From NCBI GenBank assembly GCA_040080715.1, contig JBEBHV010000001.1, positions 1-62,508 of the forward strand: DNA of 62,508 nucleotides, written 5' to 3'. This document shows, piece by piece, positions 9,591 to 17,893 of this stretch. The position numbers were made by a program, and so were the translations under genes. The stretch is from Rickettsiales bacterium. Its GTDB lineage: Bacteria; Pseudomonadota; Alphaproteobacteria; Rickettsiales; SXRF01. Numbering within the stretch: position 1 is the stretch's first letter; the number at the start of each line of letters is the position of its first letter. The notes beneath the pieces are model-generated. The model saw only the letters and a list, made by a program, of their open reading frames with translations. It was not told where the DNA came from and made no database searches.

Positions 9591-10865
9591 TCATTTTTTG
9601 ATGTTTTCACGACGTTCATCCAGATTGATGACCGTCTCATCTTTTCTTTCCAATATGGCACTAATCTTCATGCCAACAGCATCAGAGATTTTCTTGCGAT
9701 GAGAATCAACCAGATGCGAATATCGCTTCGTAGTTTGCGGTGTTAGGTGACCAAGAAGCTGACCAATCTCTTCTAGCGTTAATCCAGCCATAATTGCAAA
9801 CGACGCGAAGGCATGACGCAAATCATGCTTACGCAGATTCGTAATACCAGCACGTTTAAGGACTCGATGCCACATTTCGTTTGGTGGCGAGTGATGTCTT
9901 CCCAGCTTCTCTTTCACGCCTACAAAATAGCCTGGGAACAGGTAAGGATTTCCAACCACACGCTCTAACTTCCCAATCTCTGAAATGGCCAATGGCGATA
10001 AGTTAATTTTCTTCTTCCCCGTTTTGGAATCAGGAAGGTCGAGAGTATTCTCGTCGTAATTGACGTAATCCCATTTTGCAGTCAGCAACTCCCCTTGGCG
10101 TGCACCTGTATAGATGAGCAGACGAAAGAAAATCATCATGCTGCGTTCTTCTGTGCCTTCTTCTTCGCATTGGTTGATGGTTTCTATCAGCTTACGTAAT
10201 TCGCTTTCATTAAGATAGCGGTCGCGCTTGTTCTCTTTGTAGCGTTTGATGCCAAGGCAAGGGTTGCTATTTGGCTGACGAATTCCCCAATCCTCTGCAA
10301 CACTCATCATGTGAGATATACAAGCAAGCGCACGGTTTGCGGTGATCGGTGACTTGTGGAGCTTGCCATGCCATTCCTGAACATCTTTACGCGTAATATC
10401 TTCCATCGCATGATTCCTGAAGTGCGGCATTATCAGAGTTCTTAAAACTTCCTTTTTGCCTGTAACCGTAGAAGGCTTGTTATGATGCACGATGTATTCA
10501 TTAACATATCGCTCCTGAAAGTCCTTGAGTAAGGTCTTGCCTCTTTCCGCTTGGCGCTGATCGGCAGGGTCATCACCAAGTGCGATTTTGGCATAATACT
10601 CTTTTGCGATGACCCTTGCCTGTTCAACAGTAAGAGCGCCATGCTTTCCTATTTTAACGCGCTTCTTCGGCGCATCCCTGCCGCCAGCACCAGAGCGATA
10701 ATCCAAAACATAGATTTTTGATCCACTTGGCTCGATTTTCACCGAGAACCCTGGGATGTCTGAATCGTAAATATGGTATCGCCTATCCAGAATTGGCGCG
10801 TTATCAACAATGGATTTTGTGAGCTTTTGTCTCTTCGGTTGGTTGGTTGTGGTAGTTTCTTCCAT
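9591..10865 (-). CDS. int: tyrosine integrase, P4-type with DUF4102-like N-terminal domain
   Basis: 424 aa; N-terminus LTKSIVDNA...GFSVKIEPSGSKIYVLDYR and C-terminus HDLRHAFASFAI...LLGH...TTKRYSHL (R..HxxR..Y catalytic set). RBS AAGGAA lies 7 nt before the ATG. Confidence 0.9.
   Translation of the reverse strand: MEETTTTNQPKRQKLTKSIVDNAPILDRRYHIYDSDIPGFSVKIEPSGSKIYVLDYRSGAGGRDAPKKRVKIGKHGALTVEQARVIAKEYYAKIALGDDPADQRQAERGKTLLKDFQERYVNEYIVHHNKPSTVTGKKEVLRTLIMPHFRNHAMEDITRKDVQEWHGKLHKSPITANRALACISHMMSVAEDWGIRQPNSNPCLGIKRYKENKRDRYLNESELRKLIETINQCEEEGTEERSMMIFFRLLIYTGARQGELLTAKWDYVNYDENTLDLPDSKTGKKKINLSPLAISEIGKLERVVGNPYLFPGYFVGVKEKLGRHHSPPNEMWHRVLKRAGITNLRKHDLRHAFASFAIMAGLTLEEIGQLLGHLTPQTTKRYSHLVDSHRKKISDAVGMKISAILERKDETVINLDERRENIKK
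10845..10855 (-). promoter_or_regulatory. CTACCACAACC leader motif, copy 1 (here just inside the int ORF, translated as TTTTNQP)
   Basis: Exact 11-mer. Sense-strand context: ATGGAAGAAACTACCACAACCAACCAACCGAAGAGAC. Confidence 0.7.
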
Positions 10866-10885
10866 GTGCAGTTCCTTTTTTATAC

Positions 10886-12577
10886 TTATGCCACCTGCGC
10901 TTCCTGTCCCTGCATTGCTGAGAGGTCATGCACCTTGCCTTCGATGACAGCGTAGGTGTTGCCGGCTTCTTTTGCGGCGAGATCGGGAGCGTTTTCTTCG
11001 GGGCGTTTGGCCATGCAAACCAGCGCGGGGATGCCAGACGAGATGATCATCGACATCAGGCAACCGCGATTTCTGCGGTCATTGATTTCATCCATGTCAT
11101 CAATCACCATGAGGTCGGACTGATCGGCCTTGGCAATGGCGACTTGCAGCAACACGCGCACGGCGTATCGAGCGGAGCGTGACAGCAGGTGATACGGGCG
11201 ATTTCCGCGCCAAGGGTTCAAATCACCGTCCAGCCACACCACTTCGCTGTTGAGTATATTCGATAGTGGTTTCAGCACCTGATCGTTGAAGGCCTTCAGT
11301 TGCTCGTCGAGTTTTGCCTTGCGCACGCCGTTCTGGTGAAGCGCAGCAACCAGTTCCTTTTGGGTCAGGATGGATTCGTAGGTGGCGCGGGCGCGTTGCA
11401 CGGCGTTGAACATATCCAGCCGACGTTCCGCACGTTCCAATGACTTTTTCGCAGAGCCTGAATCCTGCTCGGCAATCGGCACTTCGGTGATGGTTTCCAA
11501 TTTCGTCTTGGCATCCTGCGAGGCTTTAAGCTGATGCTGTGCGACGACCAGTTTTTCCTTCGCTTGATTCACCGCGCTGGCGGCATCTTTCAGTGCCTTA
11601 CCCAATCGATGATATTCTTCCTGTTGCTCCGGTGTTTGCTGCGCGGCGCGCACCAGCTGCTTCTCGCCCAGTAAATCTTCAGAGGCTTGAAGCATCAGCT
11701 CGGTGCCGCACTCGGGGCAGTTTAGCGTATGGCCGTCAGCGGTGGGTATCGCGGCAAGTTGCTGTGAAAGCTGTCGCAGTGAGGCTTCGGCATCGGTCAG
11801 TGCAGTTGTTGCCGTGGTGACCGCCTGAGCGTTTTCATCCAGTTTTGCTGCCTGTGCTTCCAGCTGTGAGCGGTCAAATGCAATCGCACCTTCCGACTTG
11901 AGCGCATCTTCATACGCCTTGTTGCACTCGGCAAAAGCTATCTCTAGCTGTGAACGATCAGCACGCTCCAGCTCAGGTTCCCATGCGGCGGGTCGCCAGT
12001 CACCAGCGGTCGATACATTCCAGCGGGATTCAGCCGTGATGTGCTTCCACTTGCCTGTCAGCTCGGCTTCTTCGCTTTTGGCCGTGGAATGCGCTTCTTC
12101 CCACCCTGATTCCTGAATCTGCTTCCAGATTTCTTCCAGCTTCGGATCAAGGCTTTTGGGAAGTACCAGCTGCAAATCCTTGAGCGTGGGTTCTGCTTTC
12201 AGCAAGCGGATGAAATAGGCCACGCGCTCGGCTGCGGAGAGCTGGAATATCGTGCGAAGCCCTACGGCGAACTCAGATGCCGTGATCGGCTTGCCTTGGC
12301 CGGTGGTTTTGAATTCCGCCAGTGGCCATGAGATTTCAGAGGTTACGCCGTTATGTGACAGCATGACCTTGCCGCTTTTAGCAAGATCATTGACCAGCTG
12401 CTTCGCATCCTTTTTGGCGATGTTTTTAGGCAAAGGCTGCTGCGCGGATGCAAGTGCTACCGCTTGCGCGATGCTGGATTTGCCGTTTTCATTTTCGCCA
12501 ACCAGCAACGCGATGGGCGCAATGTCAAAGCTCGCTTCCTGAACTTTGCGGAAATTGTGAATCGTGACGTTAATCAT
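10886..12577 (-). CDS. SMC/Rad50/SbcC-like ABC ATPase with central coiled coil and CxxC hook
   Basis: 563 aa; Walker A GENENGKSS, long Ala/Glu/Gln-rich coiled coil around NCPECG, signature-like LSRSARYAV and Walker B LMVIDDMDE. Start overlaps the recT stop (TAATG). Confidence 0.7.
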   Translation of the reverse strand: MINVTIHNFRKVQEASFDIAPIALLVGENENGKSSIAQAVALASAQQPLPKNIAKKDAKQLVNDLAKSGKVMLSHNGVTSEISWPLAEFKTTGQGKPITASEFAVGLRTIFQLSAAERVAYFIRLLKAEPTLKDLQLVLPKSLDPKLEEIWKQIQESGWEEAHSTAKSEEAELTGKWKHITAESRWNVSTAGDWRPAAWEPELERADRSQLEIAFAECNKAYEDALKSEGAIAFDRSQLEAQAAKLDENAQAVTTATTALTDAEASLRQLSQQLAAIPTADGHTLNCPECGTELMLQASEDLLGEKQLVRAAQQTPEQQEEYHRLGKALKDAASAVNQAKEKLVVAQHQLKASQDAKTKLETITEVPIAEQDSGSAKKSLERAERRLDMFNAVQRARATYESILTQKELVAALHQNGVRKAKLDEQLKAFNDQVLKPLSNILNSEVVWLDGDLNPWRGNRPYHLLSRSARYAVRVLLQVAIAKADQSDLMVIDDMDEINDRRNRGCLMSMIISSGIPALVCMAKRPEENAPDLAAKEAGNTYAVIEGKVHDLSAMQGQEAQVA

Positions 12578-13629
12578 TAGAAACCTCCATAGTTGAATGA
12601 TGCGGGATGTCCTGGCGGTGAGCCGTCAGGTTGTGCCAATGGCTGCTTTGGGCTGTTGCCGTTGGATTTGCTGGTAACGGGCTGCGCTTCAGGCTTACCG
12701 CCTAAATCCAGCGTCGGAATGGGCTTATCGCTGGGCTGCGGGAGTGCCGCGCGCTGTTGCTGCGCCGAGAACGCATCGAAGACTTCATGCTCGTCTTTTG
12801 CATCCACCACGGCTTTGAAATCCGCTTGCCCAACATCGGACAGGCTATCGATTTCAGCGGCGATGCTGACCTGCGTATCAAGATCACTCACTTTTGCCAG
12901 CCGCTTAATCGCGGGTTTGGCACACATGATGTCTTCCCACTTCACCCACGGCGTATCCGCGAGTTTCGCCTTGGCTTTATCGAGTTCCACCTTGTTGTTT
13001 TTCTTCTCCGCCTGTTCAACGCTCTTCACCAATGACTTGTAGGTTTCGGATGTGCTGCGAACCTGCTCGATGTCTTCGAGTGTGAGCAGTTCAAAATCCT
13101 GACCACCATTGAGCTTATTGATATGGCAGAATGAACCGATGACTTTGCCCCGTGATTGCAGGGCTTTGCTGTAGCGCACCACCATGTTCGTGCCTTCTTC
13201 ATGGTGGAAGGTATCGTTCTCACGTATTGCACGCGCACAGAAGGTCACGACTTTGCCTGTGCGGTGAAAGAGCTGGGCGAAACCGCGATAGCCTATCTGG
13301 AAGCTGCACTCAGCTTGCTTTTGTTTCCAGTTGCCCTGATCGTCTTTTGTCCAGCCTTTGTAGGGTATCAGATAGGCATGACCGAGCGGCGTGTTTGGCT
13401 CCAAGCCCAGTGACTGCGCCGTGATAAACGCGCCAAGGACGCTCAAATGGTCGCATTCACCAAGCGCAGGATTGTTTCGGACGCACTCAATCGCCAGAAA
13501 CAACATGCGTTCGGCGGTTAAATGCTCCTTGGCCAGTGCCTTAAAGCGGTCTTTGACCCAACCCTCATTCAAGAGCGATAGCAGCCCCTGAACATGCGGT
13601 TCGGTTTCGGTTTTCTGATTCATCGTCAT
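12577..13629 (-). CDS. recT: RecT-family single-strand annealing recombinase
   Basis: 350 aa; ...SVLGAFITAQSLGLEPNTPLGHAYLIPY... core typical of RecT. RBS spacing favours the third codon (ATG at 13621-13623) as the start. Confidence 0.85.
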   Translation of the reverse strand: MTMNQKTETEPHVQGLLSLLNEGWVKDRFKALAKEHLTAERMLFLAIECVRNNPALGECDHLSVLGAFITAQSLGLEPNTPLGHAYLIPYKGWTKDDQGNWKQKQAECSFQIGYRGFAQLFHRTGKVVTFCARAIRENDTFHHEEGTNMVVRYSKALQSRGKVIGSFCHINKLNGGQDFELLTLEDIEQVRSTSETYKSLVKSVEQAEKKNNKVELDKAKAKLADTPWVKWEDIMCAKPAIKRLAKVSDLDTQVSIAAEIDSLSDVGQADFKAVVDAKDEHEVFDAFSAQQQRAALPQPSDKPIPTLDLGGKPEAQPVTSKSNGNSPKQPLAQPDGSPPGHPASFNYGGF

Positions 13630-14438
13630 TCTCCTTTCACTTTGTGTTCACGGCAAAATGCTGTTCCCCAAGCGGGGCAGTACCGATCGGAGCACAGCAT
13701 GGATTGCGGGTTGGCGATAAAGGACGTGGGTTCACCGCTTGCGCGGAACGCTGCCGTATCGTCCTTGATGCGTTTCAAAATGGCGCGCGCGGCTTTGGTG
13801 GCGGCACCAACGTCATATTCAAAAAACTCAACCTCTGGCTCGCGTTTGCGCGGCAGGTAGTCTTCGATGATGCGCTCAACGGTGCGTTGATGCACAGAGC
13901 ACAAAAGCGCATACGCCCCATATTGCGAGATATTGGCGCGGCTGGCTGCACCCGTTTTCAGGTCGCGGATGGTGATTGCTTCGCGCACGTCAAACTGACC
14001 CGATAGGATGAACCCGCCGCCAATATCGGCTTCTAAACGGATTTCCACTTCGACAGGCTCAATAACAGGTGCAACCTGCACACGGTAAGAGCGCACCAGC
14101 GTTTTTAGCTGAAGCTCGGCGCGGTCGTAGGTGGGCGTGGTGCCGTCATAGATAATACCTTCGGTGCGGCTGATTTCATTGAAGGTTTCAAAGGCCAGAT
14201 CGAGCGCACTGTCTTCACTGCCTATATTGCCATCATAGATTTTGCTATTCAGCGAATAGGCTGCGGAGGCATGGGTGCTGCTACCGAGTGCCGCACCAAT
14301 TCCTTGCGGGGTTTCGCGTAGTTCGTATCCAGCCTTTATCAGCTCATCCCACAGGAATTTCGTCGCCGCACGCCGAGGGCAATCCGCATAAGACGGCAAG
14401 CCAGAAGAGCGGATGACGGTTTTCTCAATAGTGAGCAT
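13626..14438 (-). CDS. PD-(D/E)XK exonuclease, Cas4/RecB-like with a 4-Cys cluster
   Basis: 270 aa; N-terminal YADCPRR Cys plus C-terminal CSDRYCPAWGTAFC (Cas4-type Fe-S arrangement). Translationally coupled to recT. Confidence 0.65.
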   Translation of the reverse strand: MLTIEKTVIRSSGLPSYADCPRRAATKFLWDELIKAGYELRETPQGIGAALGSSTHASAAYSLNSKIYDGNIGSEDSALDLAFETFNEISRTEGIIYDGTTPTYDRAELQLKTLVRSYRVQVAPVIEPVEVEIRLEADIGGGFILSGQFDVREAITIRDLKTGAASRANISQYGAYALLCSVHQRTVERIIEDYLPRKREPEVEFFEYDVGAATKAARAILKRIKDDTAAFRASGEPTSFIANPQSMLCSDRYCPAWGTAFCREHKVKGE

Positions 14439-14949
14439 AACGCGGCGGCCTCCGTTTCCGTTTTGGCTTTTGCTTTTGGAATCGCGCCTGATGCCAGTTC
14501 AGAATCTGCTCACGGGTCACGCCCTTGCATACTTCAATCACTTGTTGGCAGCGGTGGATGTCGAATCGGGCAATATGGCAATCGCGCTTGGCATCATTGA
14601 TTTGCAGGACATACGCCAGCCAGTCATAGACCGCGTGGCGGTAACGCTTCTTTATCACCTGATGCAAGCTGTCATCATCACGCCCCCAGAGCGGATCAAG
14701 GGCAGCATGCGCGGCAATCCGCCAGCGTTTGGTTTCGGCATTGGCAGGAATGCCAAGCGGTGCACCATCGGGATGCGCACCGTGCGTGGCGCGGCACATC
14801 GGATAGTGCGTGCAGCCGTAAAATGGCTTCGGGAACTTCGGGCTTTTGCGCAGAATCATATCCCCGCCGCATTCAGGACAGATCAGCACCGTGGAGGCTG
14901 GATACTGGGATTGCAGCGTGGGCTTAAGGGAGAGAGTGCTCACTACCAT
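14425..14949 (-). CDS. zinc-finger protein (topoisomerase-type C4 finger, DUF3268-like)
   Basis: 174 aa; CPECGGDMILRKS...FYGCTHYPMC finger and a basic tail KQKPKRKRRPPR. Confidence 0.5.
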   Translation of the reverse strand: MVVSTLSLKPTLQSQYPASTVLICPECGGDMILRKSPKFPKPFYGCTHYPMCRATHGAHPDGAPLGIPANAETKRWRIAAHAALDPLWGRDDDSLHQVIKKRYRHAVYDWLAYVLQINDAKRDCHIARFDIHRCQQVIEVCKGVTREQILNWHQARFQKQKPKRKRRPPRYAHY

Positions 14950-15293
14950 GCGCGCCTCCCTACATCACAGAGCTGATGCGCTGATAAAGTGGCGGCTTCG
15001 CGATATGCCTTTGCATCCGCTTCTTTTTCGCGGATCCACGCATCAAGGTCGTCCATCAGGTCATCATGAAAGGTGATGCCAGCATTTTTGCCTTTGGCAT
15101 CCAGCGCGTGCTGATACGTGCCGTAGTAATTAAAGCCGTGCCTCCGCCAGCTGTCGGCGTAATCTTCCAGCTCCTGCATGGCATCATCGAAGGAAGCGAG
15201 TGCCTCACTTTCGATGCGAACCTCGCGCGCGGGTTTACCTGTTATCGGATGGGGTGCTATTTTTTCCCAAGCGTTAAACCATAGCTCTGGCAT
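14943..15293 (-). CDS. hypothetical protein (116 aa from the RBS-supported start MPELW)
   Basis: ORF 14943..15392. GGAGGACTCC lies directly before the ATG at 15291-15293, and upstream Met codons lack an RBS. Confidence 0.5.
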   Translation of the reverse strand: MPELWFNAWEKIAPHPITGKPAREVRIESEALASFDDAMQELEDYADSWRRHGFNYYGTYQHALDAKGKNAGITFHDDLMDDLDAWIREKEADAKAYREAATLSAHQLCDVGRRAW

Positions 15294-15468
15294 GGAGTCC
15301 TCCATTGCCATCATCAGAATCGCCGCGAGCAAAATAGGATAGCTCGTGGACGAATTCGCCCTCTGCGATGAGCTTATGTCCTTGCCGCTCAATCCTTATT
15401 TCAGGATCGGCTTCGGGCAGTGGCTCATCTGGCAATGGTAGGAGGGGTGCTTTGGTATGCACGCTCAT
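15274..15468 (-). CDS. hypothetical protein (64 aa, MSVHTKAPLL...)
   Basis: First gene behind the PL-like promoter and CA-rich leader. The longer track ORF (to 15594) would translate the leader as TTTTTKTKT, which is unlikely. Confidence 0.45.
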   Translation of the reverse strand: MSVHTKAPLLPLPDEPLPEADPEIRIERQGHKLIAEGEFVHELSYFARGDSDDGNGGLHARAMV

Positions 15469-15492
15469 GATGGTTTCCGTTTTGGTTTTGGT

Positions 15493-15503
15493 GGTTGTGG
15501 TAG
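15493..15503 (-). promoter_or_regulatory. CTACCACAACC leader motif, copy 2
   Basis: Sense strand: CTACCACAACCACCAAAACCAAAACGGAAACCATCATG (motif start 35 nt before the ATG at 15468). Confidence 0.7.
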
Positions 15504-15527
15504 TTTTGGTTGCGCAAGGTGTTACTC

Positions 15528-15570
15528 TTTTGCATATAGGCATACTTGCAAAATAAAGGAATACCGTCAA
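15528..15570 (-). promoter_or_regulatory. leftward early promoter candidate (-35 TTGACG 15565-15570, -10 AAGTAT 15542-15547) overlapped by inverted repeat TTTTGCA-N12-TGCAAAA (15528-15553)
   Basis: 17-nt spacing read directly. The inverted repeat shares the TTGCA half-site and the GTTACT flank with the repeats in the repressor/cro intergenic region. Confidence 0.5.
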
Positions 15571-15633
15571 CAGGAAATCGCTCACGCGTCGCATAAAGCG
15601 CCGTGATGCAGAATGAAGCAGCTTCTGGAAGGG

Positions 15634-16560
15634 TTACTGGCGGATCAGTTCAATTTTAGCCGCACGCTTGATTTTCGATTCCTGGATTGCTCCATCAATC
15701 AGTGAGTGCAGCCGGTAAAATCCCTCACGGTTGCTGCGCTCGATGAGCTTGATGCAGAGCGTTCCATCCTCCAGCTCCACAAAGCAGGTCTGGTCGAGGC
15801 AATCTTCCGTCATGCCTTTGGTTGGCTCATGGTAGTAAAGCGCCATGCCGTCCTTCACAAAGGCGCTGATCGTGGGGCCGCGCAGCTCAATGGCTCTGCC
15901 TCGCTTGGCATCCATTCCATCGGGCACAGGAATTTTGCGCTGCTCACGCTCATTCAGCAGCCAGATCTGATCGCTCGATTTAAGGGATACATAGCCCACC
16001 AGCGGAAGCTCGGATCGGGTGTCGGATTTCGCCTCTAAATGGCTGCGCAATCTCGGCGGAAAGTTAACCTTATGCTTTTCCTTAATTGCTTCCAGCTTCT
16101 TGAGGGGCAAGCCTTTTGGCAGTTTATCGTTAAAGAGGCGGCTCAAATCCCCGTCAGAAATTCCCGCGCTTTTGGCGACATCGGTGCGATAGATGCCCTG
16201 CGCTAATGAAACGTCGGTGATATATTGTTTGCACAGCTTGGCATATTCCGAGATGTCAGCCTTATCGTTTTCCATGCGGTAAAGCATATCGGGAGCAAAA
16301 CTCGGCTCCAACCCATAGGCCTTATAGAGCATGAACACCATGCGGTCGGAAAGAACGCGACTTTCTGCTTTGCTGGCATCCTTGTAGTTATAGAAGAAGT
16401 GGCGCAGGGTATCCTTCCCCACGACGCGCTGCTTTGTCTTCTCAGCATAGAGATTGCACGCCTCCGTCATCTGGGTGAAGTTGTCACCCGACCGCCGCTG
16501 AATTTCCTCCAGCCAGCTTTTTTGCGCGTCCCTTAGTTGCTTTGCAGTCTTCATGCTCAT
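15634..16560 (-). CDS. phage repressor, N-terminal DNA-binding region plus S24 (LexA/CI)-like C-terminal domain
   Basis: 308 aa, divergent from a cro-like gene. C-terminus AIELRGPTISAFVKDGMALYY...LCIKLIER aligns by eye to LexA GxSM...DGD...VKRL. Confidence 0.6.
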   Translation of the reverse strand: MSMKTAKQLRDAQKSWLEEIQRRSGDNFTQMTEACNLYAEKTKQRVVGKDTLRHFFYNYKDASKAESRVLSDRMVFMLYKAYGLEPSFAPDMLYRMENDKADISEYAKLCKQYITDVSLAQGIYRTDVAKSAGISDGDLSRLFNDKLPKGLPLKKLEAIKEKHKVNFPPRLRSHLEAKSDTRSELPLVGYVSLKSSDQIWLLNEREQRKIPVPDGMDAKRGRAIELRGPTISAFVKDGMALYYHEPTKGMTEDCLDQTCFVELEDGTLCIKLIERSNREGFYRLHSLIDGAIQESKIKRAAKIELIRQ

Positions 16561-16587
16561 GTTACTTCCTTGTATGAAGCGCGGGGT

Positions 16588-16605
16588 GTTTGCATGTTCG
16601 CAAAC
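16588..16605. promoter_or_regulatory. operator candidate: perfect inverted repeat GTTTGC-N6-GCAAAC
   Basis: Read directly, in the repressor 5' leader region. Confidence 0.5.
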
Positions 16606-16686
16606 TTTTTTTACCCTTTGGCTTCCTTCATATTCCTACAGATTACTATAGCTGTTATTCCTTTGCAAGTTTCCTCTTGACCACTT

Positions 16687-16731
16687 GTTACTTTGTTTGC
16701 ATCCTTGCGGATAAATGCAACGAAGTAACAG
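16687..16731. promoter_or_regulatory. operator candidate: 45-bp imperfect palindrome GTTACTTTGTTTGCAT-N12-ATGCAACGAAGTAAC
   Basis: Core TTGCAT (16697-16702) and ATGCAA (16715-20) are exact reverse complements. Sits immediately before the cro-like start at 16742. Confidence 0.55.
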
Positions 16732-16741
16732 GGCGGCAATT

Positions 16742-17173
16742 ATGAACGATCTACGCATTCCTAAGAATATCAGTGCCTTGGAGCGCAGGGTGTACGAAAT
16801 CATCCGCCTGCGCGCCAAGTTCGTCGGTGTCAGCATAAATGAGCTGTGTGCGCGCACAGGCGTTGCTCCTTCCACATTCTCGCGGTGGGTGAACGGCCAT
16901 AATAGTGGTCTCATTGCTACCATCGGGCGCATGGATGAAATCCTGACCGAGATGGAAGCGCAAAAATTCCAATCACTCCAGCAGCGCCTGTCAGTGATGG
17001 GGCGAAACCTTGCGGATGTTTGCCTGGAGTTAGACATATCCGCCCTCGATTACGTGCGCTGGGTAAAGCGAGAACTTGATCCCGATTATGAAAAGCTGGC
17101 GGTGTTTGAGTCATTCCTTGAGCGCATCGAAGCCGAGCACAGAAAAGCCTCCCGCCGCAGGAGGAAACCATGA
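16742..17173 (+). CDS. HTH DNA-binding protein (cro/cII-like early regulator)
   Basis: ORF 16715..17173; start moved to MNDLRIPK because the ATG at 16715 lies inside the operator palindrome. HTH-like segment SINELCARTGVAPSTFSRWVNG. Confidence 0.5.
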   Translation: MNDLRIPKNISALERRVYEIIRLRAKFVGVSINELCARTGVAPSTFSRWVNGHNSGLIATIGRMDEILTEMEAQKFQSLQQRLSVMGRNLADVCLELDISALDYVRWVKRELDPDYEKLAVFESFLERIEAEHRKASRRRRKP

Positions 17174-17490
17174 GAAACAAAGAAGAACTACAGGCGCTCA
17201 TCACTGAAGGCGTGAAGCAATGCCTCAAGCGCGAGGGATTTGGCGAAACCTACCTTACACCTGAGCAACTCTGCGAACGCTGGCAGGTGACCATGAAAGC
17301 CCTCGAAAAATGGCGGCTTGAGGGCAAACCTCCCGTGTTCATGAAAGTACAGGCCAGCAAAAAAGCCATCATTCGCTACCCGCTGCACGGCACTGACGGC
17401 GTGCTCGATGTGGAAAGAAAGTGGCTCCGCAGCTCCACAACCGACCAAGGCAATGTCCACCCCTTTAGTGGCGGTTCAACCCAACGATGA
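17170..17490 (+). CDS. HTH protein (excisionase/MerR-type helix-turn-helix)
   Basis: 106 aa; LTPEQLCERWQVTMKALEKWRLEGKPPVFMKV resembles HTH_17/Xis-type motifs. RBS GGAGGA. Confidence 0.45.
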   Translation: MRNKEELQALITEGVKQCLKREGFGETYLTPEQLCERWQVTMKALEKWRLEGKPPVFMKVQASKKAIIRYPLHGTDGVLDVERKWLRSSTTDQGNVHPFSGGSTQR

Positions 17491-17499
17491 GGAAACGCC

Positions 17500-17892
17500 A
17501 TGCACGATTTAGCACGACTTGAACTATCGCCTTCCAAAAACCCATTGCTTTATCTGGAGTATGAAGGGCAAAAGCTGCGCGTCGTCATCGACCGCTTTGG
17601 CAAGCCCTGGGCAGTGATCGGTGATCTATGCGCAATCCTCGAATTGACGGAACCATCCGCCATTCTCAGGCGCATCACGCTGCGTCCTTACCTCTCACAG
17701 GCGGTGCTGGAATCACTTTCCGGCATGTATCACCTGCCACTCATCAATCGTGCGGGAATCGATATCGTCCTTGAGATGTTCGGATTTAGCAACCGCCAGA
17801 GATTTAAGGATTGGCTCGATCACGCATTCAACCACATATCAACGCTTGGACGCATAGAACCGCCGACGCTTGATCTTGACCTGGAGGGATAA
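17500..17892 (+). CDS. Bro-N / antirepressor N-terminal-like domain protein
   Basis: 130 aa; LRVVIDRFGKPWAVIGDLCAILEL matches the Bro-N pattern (VR...G.PWF.A.DV...LG). Confidence 0.5.
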   Translation: MHDLARLELSPSKNPLLYLEYEGQKLRVVIDRFGKPWAVIGDLCAILELTEPSAILRRITLRPYLSQAVLESLSGMYHLPLINRAGIDIVLEMFGFSNRQRFKDWLDHAFNHISTLGRIEPPTLDLDLEG

Positions 17893-17893
17893 C

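Noticed and set aside
10886-14438. SMC-like ATPase plus PD-(D/E)XK nuclease as a Lamassu-type defence system
   Set aside because: A RecT annealase is translationally coupled between them, and the module occupies the canonical recombination slot next to int. A recombination function is the simpler reading. The combination is kept as a lower-interest finding.
15274-15594. Full-length track ORF (106 aa) starting at 15594
   Set aside because: Its N-terminal 42 residues would be encoded by the promoter, the operator and the CA-rich leader (giving TKTTTTTKTKTETI). The RBS-supported start is the ATG at 15468.
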